64,000 bases of DNA from an uncultured Candidatus Saccharibacteria bacterium (GCA_964424305.1 CAYRHW010000002.1:2115-66114), one strand, 5' to 3'. Positions 51,436 through 62,391 are shown, counted from the first letter of the stretch. Notes: a model not told the origin generated them from the letters alone. Program-made: numbers and translations.

Positions 51436-51993
51436 TTAATTTCTATTTTGTTTAATTAAATCTTCTAAAATACCGATAGTTTCTTGCTTCTTCGCCCAAG
51501 TCTTGATATATTTCATATCCACTTCTGAAATTCTTAATACAGATTTTATATCTTCTAACTGCTTTGATGATTCTAAATCCTTGCGCCACAACAATTTACT
51601 TAATATTAAATCTTCTGGAGAAACAAAATTAATTTTATAGCCAAAAATGTCTTTTGGAATTCCTCTTTTAATTTCCTGCTTGTTGAATTCATTTTTTATC
51701 ACCCAGAAGTCTACCTTTAATTGCGATTGTGGATGTATAAAATTAAATTCTCCTTTTCTTTCAAGCGCATCATTCATCGCTTCTTTTGAAACATAAACAT
51801 CTTTATCTATGGACAGAAGCTCTTCTGCTAATGGGTTTATATTTTTTGCCAATATTTCCACAACAATATCAATATCTGCAGTAAAACGAGGCCTCCCCCA
51901 AACAGAAACCGCCATCCCGCCAGTAATTATGTATGGGATTTTTAGCTTATCTAAAATTTTGGCTATTTTGATAAGAAGGTCTTCTATCTCCAT
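51436..51993 (-). CDS. nucleotidyltransferase-fold protein (minimal NTase; GG...DIDI motif)
   Basis: [25 protein letters not shown] contains the hG[GS] and DxD signatures of the pol-beta-like NTase fold. The gene lies 5 bp downstream of recA. Confidence 0.5.
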   Translation of the reverse strand: MEIEDLLIKIAKILDKLKIPYIITGGMAVSVWGRPRFTADIDIVVEILAKNINPLAEELLSIDKDVYVSKEAMNDALERKGEFNFIHPQSQLKVDFWVIKNEFNKQEIKRGIPKDIFGYKINFVSPEDLILSKLLWRKDLESSKQLEDIKSVLRISEVDMKYIKTWAKKQETIGILEDLIKQNRN

Positions 51994-52180
51994 TTATTTT
52001 TCTATCGTTTAATTGGGCTAACTTTTTGCCAAACCGAAAAAAATCGCAAGTGAGTTTTACTTTTTTCTCAACCGTCATTTTCCTGAAAATATCGTCCTGA
52101 ATTTTTTCTGCTCTTCCCGGTGTTAAAGTATTTTTATGCATCTGAGTATTCGTGATTAGTTTTAAAAATTTGCCCAAGCA

Positions 52181-54400
52181 CTACACTTTCTCCCAATCAT
52201 CGGATTCGTCTGCTCCCTCCATGTCGGCTCCTGTCCCGGGGACGCCATCATCCACATGTATGCCAGTATCTCCAAAAACTTCCCTTGGTTTTGCCCCGTC
52301 AGCCGGACCAACAACGCCCCTCTCTTCTAGCATATCGATGAGTCTAGCTGCTCTAGCATATCCAATCTTTAGTCTTCTTTGTAGAAACGAAGCAGAGGCC
52401 TTTTTAGTCTCTAAAATTATTCTTTTACATTCTTCAAATAATGGATCATTCTGATCAAAAAAGACTTCTCCCCCTCCTCCTTTCTCGTGCTCTTCTTGAG
52501 CTTCTAACTGTTCCTGCAAACTCCGGGAGAGCATTCCTGCTTCTGAGTTATCTATCTTACCATTTTGTTTCCCAATAAATTCTGCTACCTTTCTAACATC
52601 TTCTTCGGGAACATACGGCCCCTGAATTCTTCTCGGCCTTATACTCTTGGCGGAAATGAATAACATGTCTCCGGCTCCCAATAGTTTTTCGGCCCCAGCG
52701 GCGTCTAGGACAGTTCTGGAGTCAACCTGAGAGGCAACCTGGAAGGTTATTCTTGAAGTAACATTAGCCTTAATAAGACCGGTGATAACCTCTACAGAGG
52801 GCCTTTGTGTGGCTAAAACAAGGTGTATGCCAGTGGCTCTTGCCATCTGGGCCAATCTTACAACCCCAGCTTCTATTTCTCTGCCCTTGGCTGCCATTAA
52901 GTCTGCCAACTCATCAACAATCAACGTTATATACGGTAAAGTTTTCCCGGCAGCAATTACTGTTTTATTTTTATTATACGTATCCAAATTACGAGTTGGT
53001 ATTTCAGAAAAAACCTCGAATCTTCTTTCCATTTCTTTAACTAACCAATTTAAAGCATTAATGGTTTTATTGGCGTCATAGATAACTGGGCATAAAAGAT
53101 GGGGTAGGTGATTATAGTGTTGGAATTCTACTCTCTTCGGATCAACCATGATAAGTTTCATGGTTTGTGGAGAATTCCTGTATAACAAACTTAGAATCAA
53201 ACTGTTTAAAAATATTGTTTTACCCGTACCGGTAGAACCAGCTACCAAAAGATGGGGCATTTCTGCGATGTCGGCATACATTGGCGCGCCAGAAACACTA
53301 CGGCCCAAAGCAAATAGAAGGGGAGCTGATGAATTCTTAAACGCTGGATCAGCAACCAAATTCCTAAGAGAAACGATACTTCTAGTCTTGTTAGGAATTT
53401 CAATACCAACAAGGGACTTCCCGGGGATGGGGGCTTCGATCCTAATGGGATGGGCTGCCAATGCCAATGATAAATTATTGGTTAAAGTAGTAATTTTGGA
53501 TAGCTTAACCCCTTCAGCGGGCTTAAAAGCATACTGGGTGACAGTGGGCCCAACATTGGCCTCCACCATCTCAACTGGAATGCCAAAATTCTCTAAGGTT
53601 TTTTGAATAATTGTTGAATTCTGCTTTATATTCCCACTTGTTGGACTCCCTTCATTCTTAGAAAGAAGATCAAGAGGGGGAAGAATATATTGAGGATCTT
53701 TTGGCCTCTCTGATTTTTTAGAATCATCCTTACCTTCTTCTGGTTTACTATTTTTAAATAATGATATCTTGGGCTGCGCGTCTTTATCTAATTTATTTTC
53801 ATCCCCACTTTCTTTTATGCTTAACGATATCGGTTTCTCGGGGTGAACAATTCTAGAGAATATTGATTTCTTCTTCTCTTCCTCTAATAATTGAGGCCTG
53901 AATTGCCACAAAGATTGAGAGAAGATTAAAAGGCCGATTATGATCATTGCTCCAAAAACTAAATTAGCTACCAACAATCCGAACGAGTTAACTGTTAATT
54001 GGCCCATTAGATATCCTAGCCAACCCCCTTGCTTCACAGCTAAATCCTGAGCGCCAAGAATCCCGGCCATTCCAAAGATAATAATAAAGATACCTAAAAA
54101 AATGGGCAAAAATCTACTCTTTTGTTTTGGTTTTAAAAAGATCAATCCGGCCAAAAGGAAAAGGAAAGGTATAGAGAAAACGGTCTGACCGATTAGAAAT
54201 CTGGATCCCCTTAATAGTAGATCTCCCCCATTACCCGCCTTATCCCAAAAACTCAAACCAACAATTACGGCCAATAAAAACATTATGGTGGCCTTTATCC
54301 ATCTTTTTGTACGAGAATTTAACAAAGGAGCCTTCGGCTTCTCATCCTTCTTCGAAGGTTTTTGATTCTCCTTATTCTTTTGATTTTTATCTTTTGACAT
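52181..54400 (-). CDS. ftsK: DNA translocase FtsK/SpoIIIE
   Basis: N-terminal TM helices are present. The motor domain carries Walker A (AGSTGTGKT) and Walker B (ITLIVDELADLM). A gamma-domain winged helix is present. Length is 739 aa. Confidence 0.9.
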   Translation of the reverse strand: MSKDKNQKNKENQKPSKKDEKPKAPLLNSRTKRWIKATIMFLLAVIVGLSFWDKAGNGGDLLLRGSRFLIGQTVFSIPFLFLLAGLIFLKPKQKSRFLPIFLGIFIIIFGMAGILGAQDLAVKQGGWLGYLMGQLTVNSFGLLVANLVFGAMIIIGLLIFSQSLWQFRPQLLEEEKKKSIFSRIVHPEKPISLSIKESGDENKLDKDAQPKISLFKNSKPEEGKDDSKKSERPKDPQYILPPLDLLSKNEGSPTSGNIKQNSTIIQKTLENFGIPVEMVEANVGPTVTQYAFKPAEGVKLSKITTLTNNLSLALAAHPIRIEAPIPGKSLVGIEIPNKTRSIVSLRNLVADPAFKNSSAPLLFALGRSVSGAPMYADIAEMPHLLVAGSTGTGKTIFLNSLILSLLYRNSPQTMKLIMVDPKRVEFQHYNHLPHLLCPVIYDANKTINALNWLVKEMERRFEVFSEIPTRNLDTYNKNKTVIAAGKTLPYITLIVDELADLMAAKGREIEAGVVRLAQMARATGIHLVLATQRPSVEVITGLIKANVTSRITFQVASQVDSRTVLDAAGAEKLLGAGDMLFISAKSIRPRRIQGPYVPEEDVRKVAEFIGKQNGKIDNSEAGMLSRSLQEQLEAQEEHEKGGGGEVFFDQNDPLFEECKRIILETKKASASFLQRRLKIGYARAARLIDMLEERGVVGPADGAKPREVFGDTGIHVDDGVPGTGADMEGADESDDWEKV

Positions 54401-54488
54401 TTATGAAAAAACTATAAATATAGAGCAGATATCTTTAGATTATTATATCATCTTATAAATACCAGGTCTACAAGGGAAATAAAGGATT

Positions 54489-55190
54489 TTAACCGTCCTT
54501 CATCCCAATAACGGCAACCATTGTTTGGGGAGTCTGCGGTTTATCTCTCCTAAAAGAAAAGTATTTATCTACCAGACAAAAGGTGCAATCGGGGCTTGTT
54601 TCCATATTCCCCTCATCCAGCCCCAATGTTAACAACCTTTCTTTAACTATCCTCTTTAAATCAACAAACTTTTCTGAAGAGTCGAGCTTTTCAGCCACAT
54701 CCTTCCCGACTTCAAAATGGCACTTAGCTATGCCGGGCCCTATCCCAACCAATATATTTTGGGGCAATGAACCAAACTCCTTAACCATATTGCTAATCCC
54801 CCCTTCTAGGATGTTACTTACTATGCCCCTCCACCCACAATGCAATAAACCAACAACTTTGTTCTCGGGATCAAATAAATACACTGGCAAACAATCTGCC
54901 ACAGTTAGGGTCAGGTACAAATCTTTTGCTTGAGTTAGTAGTCCATCAACATTCCCCAATACCCTGCCTGCGTCACCAATGGAAACTGTCTGGACATGGT
55001 TCTTATGTAAAGAGCCAACTGTTACCACTGCCTCGGGGGTGATCCCAATTTTCTTGAAAAACTTTTTCCTGTTTGAGACAATGATTTCATCATCAAATTT
55101 ACTAACCAAAAATCCCGGGGAACTCATTGGTCCGTCATTTTTCTCTGACAACCCAACTATTAAATTATACCCAGAAGATATTTTAAACAT
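54489..55190 (-). CDS. pgeF: peptidoglycan editing factor PgeF / YfiH-family (laccase-domain) protein
   Basis: The conserved H..H, ADCLPV and HCGWRG motifs of the YfiH/DUF152 family are present. Confidence 0.8.
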   Translation of the reverse strand: MFKISSGYNLIVGLSEKNDGPMSSPGFLVSKFDDEIIVSNRKKFFKKIGITPEAVVTVGSLHKNHVQTVSIGDAGRVLGNVDGLLTQAKDLYLTLTVADCLPVYLFDPENKVVGLLHCGWRGIVSNILEGGISNMVKEFGSLPQNILVGIGPGIAKCHFEVGKDVAEKLDSSEKFVDLKRIVKERLLTLGLDEGNMETSPDCTFCLVDKYFSFRRDKPQTPQTMVAVIGMKDG

Positions 55191-55206
55191 TGATTAAAAT
55201 TCTATC

Positions 55207-55234
55207 AAAAAACCACCCTTTAATAAAGGTGGCC
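55207..55234 (-). terminator. rho-independent terminator, copy 1 of a duplicated element (GGCCACCUUU-auua-AAAGGGUGG + U6)
   Basis: A hairpin is followed by a U6 run on the minus strand, directly after the 55254..55478 gene. It is near-identical to the element at 55525..55552. Confidence 0.65.
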
Positions 55235-55253
55235 GACGACCTACATCTAAAAA

Positions 55254-55478
55254 TCACCTTATAGCCAATAACTCTTTTAATTCCTTGACCGAATCTTCTA
55301 GTTTTTCTATTCTTTTTTTATGGTCGGCAAGAATTAGTTTCTCAATTTTATCTAATCGCTCATCAACTGAATTAAAGCGTTTATTCATTTCACCTTTTGT
55401 TGCCATTTCATTTGCTATACCATTAAACCCCCTTTGAACCATTATTGCTAAATCATCAATTGTAATATTTTTCTTCAT
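55254..55478 (-). CDS. hypothetical small coiled-coil protein
   Basis: The 74-aa ORF is bracketed by two copies of the same terminator. The KIEKL...IEKLEDSVKELKEL heptad pattern is present. Confidence 0.4.
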   Translation of the reverse strand: MKKNITIDDLAIMVQRGFNGIANEMATKGEMNKRFNSVDERLDKIEKLILADHKKRIEKLEDSVKELKELLAIR

Positions 55479-55524
55479 ACAATTATATTATATTCTCTAA
55501 AAAACTGCTGTCAAATATATTATC

Positions 55525-55552
55525 AAAAAACCACCCTTTGATAAAGGTGGCC
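55525..55552 (-). terminator. rho-independent terminator after rpoC, copy 2 (GGCCACCUUU-auca-AAAGGGUGG + U6)
   Basis: A hairpin and U tract lie 9 bp after the rpoC stop. Confidence 0.7.
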
Positions 55553-55560
55553 TTTTGTTT

Positions 55561-58500
55561 CTATTTCCTGAACCCTGTCCCCACTGGAATAAGCTTACCA
55601 ATAATGACATTTTCCTTTAACCCACGAAGCTTATCTTCTTTGCCTTCTAGGGATGCCTTAATGAGCACTCTGGATGTTTGTTGGAAAGAAGCAGCTGATA
55701 AAAAGCTTTCTGAGGCCAAAGCGACTTCGGAAATTCCAAGCAACATCTGTACAGCAACCGGAAGTTTCTTGTCGTGCTTTTTTAAGTAATCACAAGCTTC
55801 TTGGTATGTTGGGCCCTCAATAACTTCTCCTCTTACCCAATCACCATCTCCCTCTTCTCTAATCTTCATACGGGAGAACATCTTTTGAACGATTATCTCA
55901 ATATGTTTATCATGGATATCTACTCCCTGTGAGGAATAAACCTTCTGGACTTCTTTAATGAGATAGCGTTGGGTTTCGCTTGCTCCAGCTGATTTATACA
56001 TCTTCTTAATATCCAAACTTCCACCGCAAAGTGGCTGTCCTTCTTTTATAACATCTCCCTGTTTAACTAAAATTGCAATCCTATTAGGAATCTTATACTC
56101 CATCACATCCTTCGATCCCTTGCCAGTAGGTTCAATCTTAATAATCCTCAATTCCTCATCAACTTTTACAACTTTCCCCTCTGTTAAAGATATGATCGCT
56201 TCTCCCTTGGGCGCCCTGGCTTCAAATATTTCTTCCACACGAGGCAACCCCTGTGTAATATCTCCACCAGCCGCAACTCCGCCCAAGTGACGAGTTCTTA
56301 GAGTTAACTGAGTACCCGGCTCACCAATTGCCTGAGCAGCGATTACTCCAACTGCTTCTCCCAATTCAATTAATTTATTTCTACCGAAATCCCAACCATA
56401 GCATTTCTGACAAATTCCTCTTAGAGTTTTACAACTCAACGGAGTGAACACTTGGACTTCCGCTATCTTTTCTTTTTCAATAATCTCGGCCTTCTTCCAA
56501 TCAATGATGTCGCCCTTCTTAACTATTACAGTGTTGCCATGTTTTACATCTTCGACTGTGACACGCCCAACAATCTTAAATCTGAAGCTTTGCTCAATAT
56601 CATCCGCATCTTTCCTTAGGATTGCAATGCCATGCTTCTCTCCACAATCTTCTTCGCTAATAATCATATCGTGGGCAACATCAACCAATCTACGAGTTAA
56701 ATAACCGGCTGAGGATGTTCTTAAGGCAGTATCAGCAGTACCCTTCCTGGCACCATGAGTAGAGATAAAGTATTCAAGAACATTGAATCCCTCGGCAAAA
56801 GAAGATTTTATAGGCAATTCAATAATGTCACCAGTCGGGTTATTCACCAAACCCTTCATACCAGCCATTTGAACTGGTTGGGCCCATGTACCTCTAGCAC
56901 CAGCTGAGATAATGGACATAACTGACCCATCTTGTGGCAAAACTTCTTTTAGTAAAACCTCCAACCTTGTCTTAACGGTTTGCCAGATGAGAATAATTTG
57001 AGCTGTCTTTTCTTCCTTAGATAATAGTCCTTTCTTGAAGTAGCTGTTTATCTTCTCAACCTCTGTTTCGGCTTCGTCAATGAGCTTTGCTTTCTGTGGT
57101 GGAACAATTAGGTCATCCATGCCCCAAGAATATGAAGCCAATGTTGAATACTCAAAACCAATATTTTTTATCTTATCCAAAACAGCCACCGCCTCATCGT
57201 TAGAATAATCTAAGATGAAATCACGGAGCAAAACTTTAATCCCCTTGGCATCAATTAGTCTATTTACAAAAGCGTAGCTATCTGGAAGGTTATTATTTAA
57301 AATTATTCTTCCAACACTTGTTTCTATAATCTCCTTGTCTTTTGATTTGGGGTTAACAATTTTTATCTTTTCTTGTAATTTTACACAACCAAAATCATAG
57401 GCCGTGATAGCCTCTGAAACACTGGAAAACATTTTCGGGGCTGGCTGGTTTTTCTTCTGCTCATCTGTCATTTTATCCTCAGCCATTCTTGTAAGGTAAT
57501 AACAACCCAAAGCAATATCTCTGAAAGGCCCCATTACGGGCAACCCAGTTGCTGGCCTTAAAAGGTTAGATTGAGATAACATAATTTCCTTGGCCTCTTT
57601 TTGGGCTTCATCGGATAATGGCAGGTAAACTGCCATCTGGTCACCATCAAAGTCGGCGTTAAAGGCCTCGCAGACCAAAGGATTAATTCTTATGGTCTCT
57701 CCTTCAACCAAAACTGGGTAGAATGCTTGAATACCTAGTCTGTGCAAGGTTGGGGCTCTGTTAAGTAGAACCAATTTGTTTTGGACTACTTCTTCTAGAA
57801 TTCCCCAAACTTCAGGAATTTTATCTTCAATTAGTCTTGTTGCTCCACGGATATTAAAGGCCAACTCTCTATCTAATATTTTTTTAATAACAAAAGGTTT
57901 AAATATCTCAAGAGCCATATTTTTTGGCAATCCGCATTGGGAAAACTTCAAGTCTGGTCCTACCGCGATTACTGATCTTCCAGAATAATCTACACGTTTA
58001 CCTAAAAGATTCTGACGGAATCTTCCCTGCTTGCCGGCTAACATGGCTGCTAACGACTTCAGCAAACGTTTTCCACCAGTTGTGGCAGTAGTTGTTACGC
58101 CCTTCCTCATTTCATTATCAATTAAAGCATCTACTGCTTCCTGCAACATTCTCTTTTCGTTTCTAACAATTACCGCTGGAGCGGAAATCTCTAAAAGATA
58201 TTTTAAACGATTATTTCTATTGATTACTCTTCGATATAAATCATTAAGATCCGAAGAGGCATATCTACCTCCATCCAACTGAACCATTGGTCTTAGGTCT
58301 GGTGGTAGAACTGGCAAAATATTCATAAACATCCATTCTGGTTTTACTCCGGACTTCACCATACCTTGGAAAAGTTTCAATCTCCTAAGAACCCTTTTCC
58401 TGTTAATCGGTAAGGTTGTCTTACTTTCTTTGGCCAATTCTTCTGCAGTTTTCTTTAAATCAACCTGTTCAAAAATTGCCCGAATTGTTTCTGCCCCTGT

Positions 58501-59127
58501 ACCAGCCTCAAAGGTTTCTCCGTACTTCATAGATAAGCTATGGTAGACAACCTCAGATAAAATCCTTAGGGGTTTTATCTCTGAAACCTCTTCTATGGCT
58601 TTATCCCTTGCTGTTCGTAGTTCCTGTTTAGCGGCATTGGTCTTTTCTTTCTTTGTCTTCCTTTGGAACTCTTGTTCGATTTCCTCTAGGACTCTTTTCT
58701 TGGCATCTTCATTTGTTTTAATGATAATGTAGGAAGAAAAGTAAATGACCTTCTCTAACTGTTGAGAAGACTTATCTAAAACCAATCCCATTCTTGATGG
58801 AACTCCACGTAAAAACCAGATGTGAGAAACTGGGGCAGCTAATTTTATATGTCCCATTCTTTCTCTTCTTACCTGGGCCTTCGTAACTTCAACTCCGCAA
58901 CGATCACAAACCACCCCCTTGTATCTGATCCTCTTATATTTCCCGCATGCGCATTCATAGTCTTTTTCAGGACCAAAAATCCTCTCGCAGAATAAACCAT
59001 CCTTCTCTGGTTTCTGAGTTCTGTAGTTAATCGTTTCTGGCCTTATTACTTCGCCATGGCTCCACGACAAAATTTCTTCGGGAGAGGCGAGTTTTATTCT
59101 GATGCCTTCAAGATCTAATACACGCAT
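55561..59127 (-). CDS. rpoC: DNA-directed RNA polymerase subunit beta'
   Basis: Zinc-binding Cys residues are present. The active site NADFDGDQM is present. Length is 1188 aa. Confidence 0.95.
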   Translation of the reverse strand: MRVLDLEGIRIKLASPEEILSWSHGEVIRPETINYRTQKPEKDGLFCERIFGPEKDYECACGKYKRIRYKGVVCDRCGVEVTKAQVRRERMGHIKLAAPVSHIWFLRGVPSRMGLVLDKSSQQLEKVIYFSSYIIIKTNEDAKKRVLEEIEQEFQRKTKKEKTNAAKQELRTARDKAIEEVSEIKPLRILSEVVYHSLSMKYGETFEAGTGAETIRAIFEQVDLKKTAEELAKESKTTLPINRKRVLRRLKLFQGMVKSGVKPEWMFMNILPVLPPDLRPMVQLDGGRYASSDLNDLYRRVINRNNRLKYLLEISAPAVIVRNEKRMLQEAVDALIDNEMRKGVTTTATTGGKRLLKSLAAMLAGKQGRFRQNLLGKRVDYSGRSVIAVGPDLKFSQCGLPKNMALEIFKPFVIKKILDRELAFNIRGATRLIEDKIPEVWGILEEVVQNKLVLLNRAPTLHRLGIQAFYPVLVEGETIRINPLVCEAFNADFDGDQMAVYLPLSDEAQKEAKEIMLSQSNLLRPATGLPVMGPFRDIALGCYYLTRMAEDKMTDEQKKNQPAPKMFSSVSEAITAYDFGCVKLQEKIKIVNPKSKDKEIIETSVGRIILNNNLPDSYAFVNRLIDAKGIKVLLRDFILDYSNDEAVAVLDKIKNIGFEYSTLASYSWGMDDLIVPPQKAKLIDEAETEVEKINSYFKKGLLSKEEKTAQIILIWQTVKTRLEVLLKEVLPQDGSVMSIISAGARGTWAQPVQMAGMKGLVNNPTGDIIELPIKSSFAEGFNVLEYFISTHGARKGTADTALRTSSAGYLTRRLVDVAHDMIISEEDCGEKHGIAILRKDADDIEQSFRFKIVGRVTVEDVKHGNTVIVKKGDIIDWKKAEIIEKEKIAEVQVFTPLSCKTLRGICQKCYGWDFGRNKLIELGEAVGVIAAQAIGEPGTQLTLRTRHLGGVAAGGDITQGLPRVEEIFEARAPKGEAIISLTEGKVVKVDEELRIIKIEPTGKGSKDVMEYKIPNRIAILVKQGDVIKEGQPLCGGSLDIKKMYKSAGASETQRYLIKEVQKVYSSQGVDIHDKHIEIIVQKMFSRMKIREEGDGDWVRGEVIEGPTYQEACDYLKKHDKKLPVAVQMLLGISEVALASESFLSAASFQQTSRVLIKASLEGKEDKLRGLKENVIIGKLIPVGTGFRK

Positions 59128-59169
59128 TGGTTAATTTTTGAATATTATTTTTATAAACTAAATCAATTG

Positions 59170-62100
59170 TTATCTTTCTTCCCTTCTAAGCTTCTCCTTA
59201 ATCTCCACCGCCAATCCCATTGATTTTAATTCAGCGACCAAAAGGTTAAACGAAGCTGGAATATTCGGGTTTTTGATAGGTTCTCCCTTTAAAATTGCTT
59301 CGTAGGTTGCGGCTCTGCCGATCACATCATCGGATTTAATGGTCAACATTTCCTGCAATGTGTGAGCTGCCCCATAGCCTTCCAATGCCCATACTTCCAT
59401 CTCCCCAAACCTCTGGCCACCAAATTGAGCCTTGCCCCCTAACGGTTGCTGAGTAATTAATGAATAGGGCCCGATTGAACGAGCATGGAGTTTATCATCA
59501 ACCATGTGGATTAACTTCATCACATACATATAGCCAACGGTAATTGGTCTTTCAAAGGGAAGACCAGTCCTACCATCATACAAGATTGTTTGACCAGATT
59601 CTGGTAGACCAGCTTTCCTCAACTCTCCTTTAATGCTTTCTTTGTCAGCACCGTGTAGGGCCGGCGAAATTACGTTATAGTTTAATTTCTTCGCAGCCCA
59701 ACCCAAGTGAGTTTCTAAAATCTGCCCCAAATTCATTCTTGATGGAACCGACAATGGACTTAAAACAATATCAACAGGAGTGCCATCTTCTAAGAATGGC
59801 ATTTCTTCGGGAGGCAAAACTCTTGAAACAACTCCTTTATTTCCATGACGGCCAACTAATTTATCTCCCACTTTTATCTTTCTTAATTCGGCAATCTCAA
59901 CCTGAATTCTTTTAATAACTCCTGGTTCTAGTTTGTGCCCCAAGTCTCTGGAAAATATCTTTACATTAATAACCCTGCCTTTCTTGCCGTGCTCCATTCT
60001 CAAAGAAGCATCTTTCACATCCTTAGCTTTTTCTCCAAAAATCGCTCTTAGCAATCTCTCTTCGGGGGTTAGTTCTACCTCACCCTTTGGCGAAATCTTT
60101 CCAACTAAAATATCGTTAGGACCAACTTCGGCCCCAACCCTTACGATTCCCTCTTCATCTAAATCTTTTAATTTTTCTTCTCCAACGTTAGGGATATCAC
60201 AGGTAGTTACTTCGGGTCCTAGTTTTGTTTCTCGAACATCACAGGTAAACTCTTCTACGTGGATAGAAGTGAAAAAGTCCTCTTTCGTTAATTTATTAGA
60301 AATGGTGATCGAATCTTCAAACCCTCCTCCCCTTAAACACATAAAGGCTACTAGGATATTTCTACCCAAAGCCAACCTTCCTTTTGATATTGAGGCTCCG
60401 TCACTCAAAATGTCTCCTTTTTTAAATTCTTCTCCTTTCTCTACTGCTGGTTTTTGGTGGAAACAAGTATATTGGTTTGTTCTAACAAAAGTTTGCAATT
60501 CATAGTCCTCAATTTTCTTTTCTCCCCCTATTTCAATTTCTACCTTAATATGGCCGGCGTCTACTTCTTTTACCTTTCCTGGACCCTTGGCAACTATTAC
60601 CTGGCCAGAATCTCTAGCCACGTTCCTCTCAACCCCAGTGCCCACCAATGGTGGTTCTGGGAATATTAACGGCACTGCTTGCCGTTGCATGTTCGAACCC
60701 ATAAGAGCCCTGGAAGCATCATCATTCTGTAAGAATGGGATTAAAGAAGTGGCGATACTAATAAATTGTTTTGAAGAAACATCGATAAAGTCTATTTTTG
60801 AAATTTCCACTTCGGCTGGCTCTCCTTTCACCCTGGCTTCAACCTTGTTTGGTAGAATTTCCGGTAGAATCTTATTGTCATCATCTAGGGGGACCGAAGC
60901 TGGAGCAATGGCATATCTCTCTTCATCCTGAGCTGTTAAATAGTGTATTTCGTCAGTTACCTTACCATTTTTAACCTTAAAGTAGGGAGTTTCGATAAAC
61001 CCGTATGGATTCACTCGGGCGAAAGATGCCAAGTGCCCAACCAAGCCAACATTAGGACCTTCGGGTGTTTGTATGGGACAAATTCTTCCATAATGAGAAG
61101 GCTGAACGTCACGAACCTCAAAACCGGCTCTTTCTCTTGTTAGGCCACCTGGTCCAGTGGTTGTAAGTCTTCTTTTGTGCTCTAGCTCGGCTAATGGATT
61201 TTCGTTATCCATAAACTGAGAGAACTGAGAAGAAGTGTAAAATTCCTTAATAACCGCCATAAATGGCCTAGGATTAATAAGCTGGACGGGTGTTATGGTC
61301 GAAGGATCTAAGGTAGACATCTTATCTTTAATAATCCTCTCCATTCTCATTAAACCTACCCTTAACCTATTCTGCAAAAGCTCAGCCATTGTTCTTACTC
61401 TTCTATTTCCCAAATGGTCGACTTGGTCCGGGTGGGCAGTGGGGTCGTTGTTCATCCTGATGATTTCTTTGATCACTTCCACAATATCTTCAATCTTTAG
61501 GGCTCTTTCTTCTTTCTTAATTTCTTTGTCCTTATCGGCTGGGGCAAGATTTGGCAACCTCTGCCAAGTTTTCCAACGGCCAACTTTTGACAGATCGTAT
61601 CTGTCAAAATTAAAGAACATGTTGAATATTAAATCCTGGGCAGTATCTGGAGCAACCAAATCTCCGGGTCTTAACCTTCTATAAATTTCCACAAGAGCCT
61701 CTTTCTGGTCCTGGCAGGTTTCCCTCTTGAAAGTTTCTTGAATATATTTAATTTCGCCGGTGTCTACCTTTTCAAATGCCTTATTAACCTTATCTATATT
61801 CTCTAACCCTAACGCCATCAACAATGTTGTTGCTGGAACTTTTCTTTTGCGATTAATCTTTACTCCAATAAATCCTGATTCTTCGGTCTCAAACTCTAGC
61901 CAAGCTCCACGGTTTGGAATAATTTTAGCGCCAAAATAGTTTTTGCCACGAGAATTCCTGGCGGTGAAAAAAGCTCCGGGAGAACGGATCAATTGAGAAA
62001 CCACAACCCTCTCTACTCCATTTAATACAAAGGTGCCCCTCTCTGTCATTAGGGGAAAATCAGCAAGAAATACTTCTTGCTCTTTTATCTCTTTTGTTTT

Positions 62101-62391
62101 TAGATTAACTAATTTAACCTTAACTCTTAGGGGCGCCTCTAGGGAATCGTTATTCTTTCTGGCTTCCAAGCCGTCTTTATGGTTTGGTTTATCTAGCCTG
62201 TAATCCTTAAACCAAAGTTGGAATTCTTTCCCAGTGTAATCTGTTATGGGAGATATCTCTTCTAACAGTTCCTTTATTCTTACATCCAAAAAGTCGTCCC
62301 AAGCTTGTTGCTGGAGATTTAGTAGATTGGGGAGATGGAAGGAAATTCGTGACTTAGAAAAGTTTTTTATTTTGATATTATCCTCAATCAT
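59170..62391 (-). CDS. rpoB: DNA-directed RNA polymerase subunit beta
   Basis: Conserved beta-subunit blocks are present (GGQRFGEMEVWALEGYGAA, the PSRMN..Q..E region). Length is 1073 aa. It lies immediately upstream of rpoC. Confidence 0.95.
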   Translation of the reverse strand: MIEDNIKIKNFSKSRISFHLPNLLNLQQQAWDDFLDVRIKELLEEISPITDYTGKEFQLWFKDYRLDKPNHKDGLEARKNNDSLEAPLRVKVKLVNLKTKEIKEQEVFLADFPLMTERGTFVLNGVERVVVSQLIRSPGAFFTARNSRGKNYFGAKIIPNRGAWLEFETEESGFIGVKINRKRKVPATTLLMALGLENIDKVNKAFEKVDTGEIKYIQETFKRETCQDQKEALVEIYRRLRPGDLVAPDTAQDLIFNMFFNFDRYDLSKVGRWKTWQRLPNLAPADKDKEIKKEERALKIEDIVEVIKEIIRMNNDPTAHPDQVDHLGNRRVRTMAELLQNRLRVGLMRMERIIKDKMSTLDPSTITPVQLINPRPFMAVIKEFYTSSQFSQFMDNENPLAELEHKRRLTTTGPGGLTRERAGFEVRDVQPSHYGRICPIQTPEGPNVGLVGHLASFARVNPYGFIETPYFKVKNGKVTDEIHYLTAQDEERYAIAPASVPLDDDNKILPEILPNKVEARVKGEPAEVEISKIDFIDVSSKQFISIATSLIPFLQNDDASRALMGSNMQRQAVPLIFPEPPLVGTGVERNVARDSGQVIVAKGPGKVKEVDAGHIKVEIEIGGEKKIEDYELQTFVRTNQYTCFHQKPAVEKGEEFKKGDILSDGASISKGRLALGRNILVAFMCLRGGGFEDSITISNKLTKEDFFTSIHVEEFTCDVRETKLGPEVTTCDIPNVGEEKLKDLDEEGIVRVGAEVGPNDILVGKISPKGEVELTPEERLLRAIFGEKAKDVKDASLRMEHGKKGRVINVKIFSRDLGHKLEPGVIKRIQVEIAELRKIKVGDKLVGRHGNKGVVSRVLPPEEMPFLEDGTPVDIVLSPLSVPSRMNLGQILETHLGWAAKKLNYNVISPALHGADKESIKGELRKAGLPESGQTILYDGRTGLPFERPITVGYMYVMKLIHMVDDKLHARSIGPYSLITQQPLGGKAQFGGQRFGEMEVWALEGYGAAHTLQEMLTIKSDDVIGRAATYEAILKGEPIKNPNIPASFNLLVAELKSMGLAVEIKEKLRREER

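Noticed and set aside
59933-61684. Plus-strand ORFs inside rpoB and rpoC
   Set aside because: They are shadow ORFs antisense to highly conserved RNA polymerase genes.
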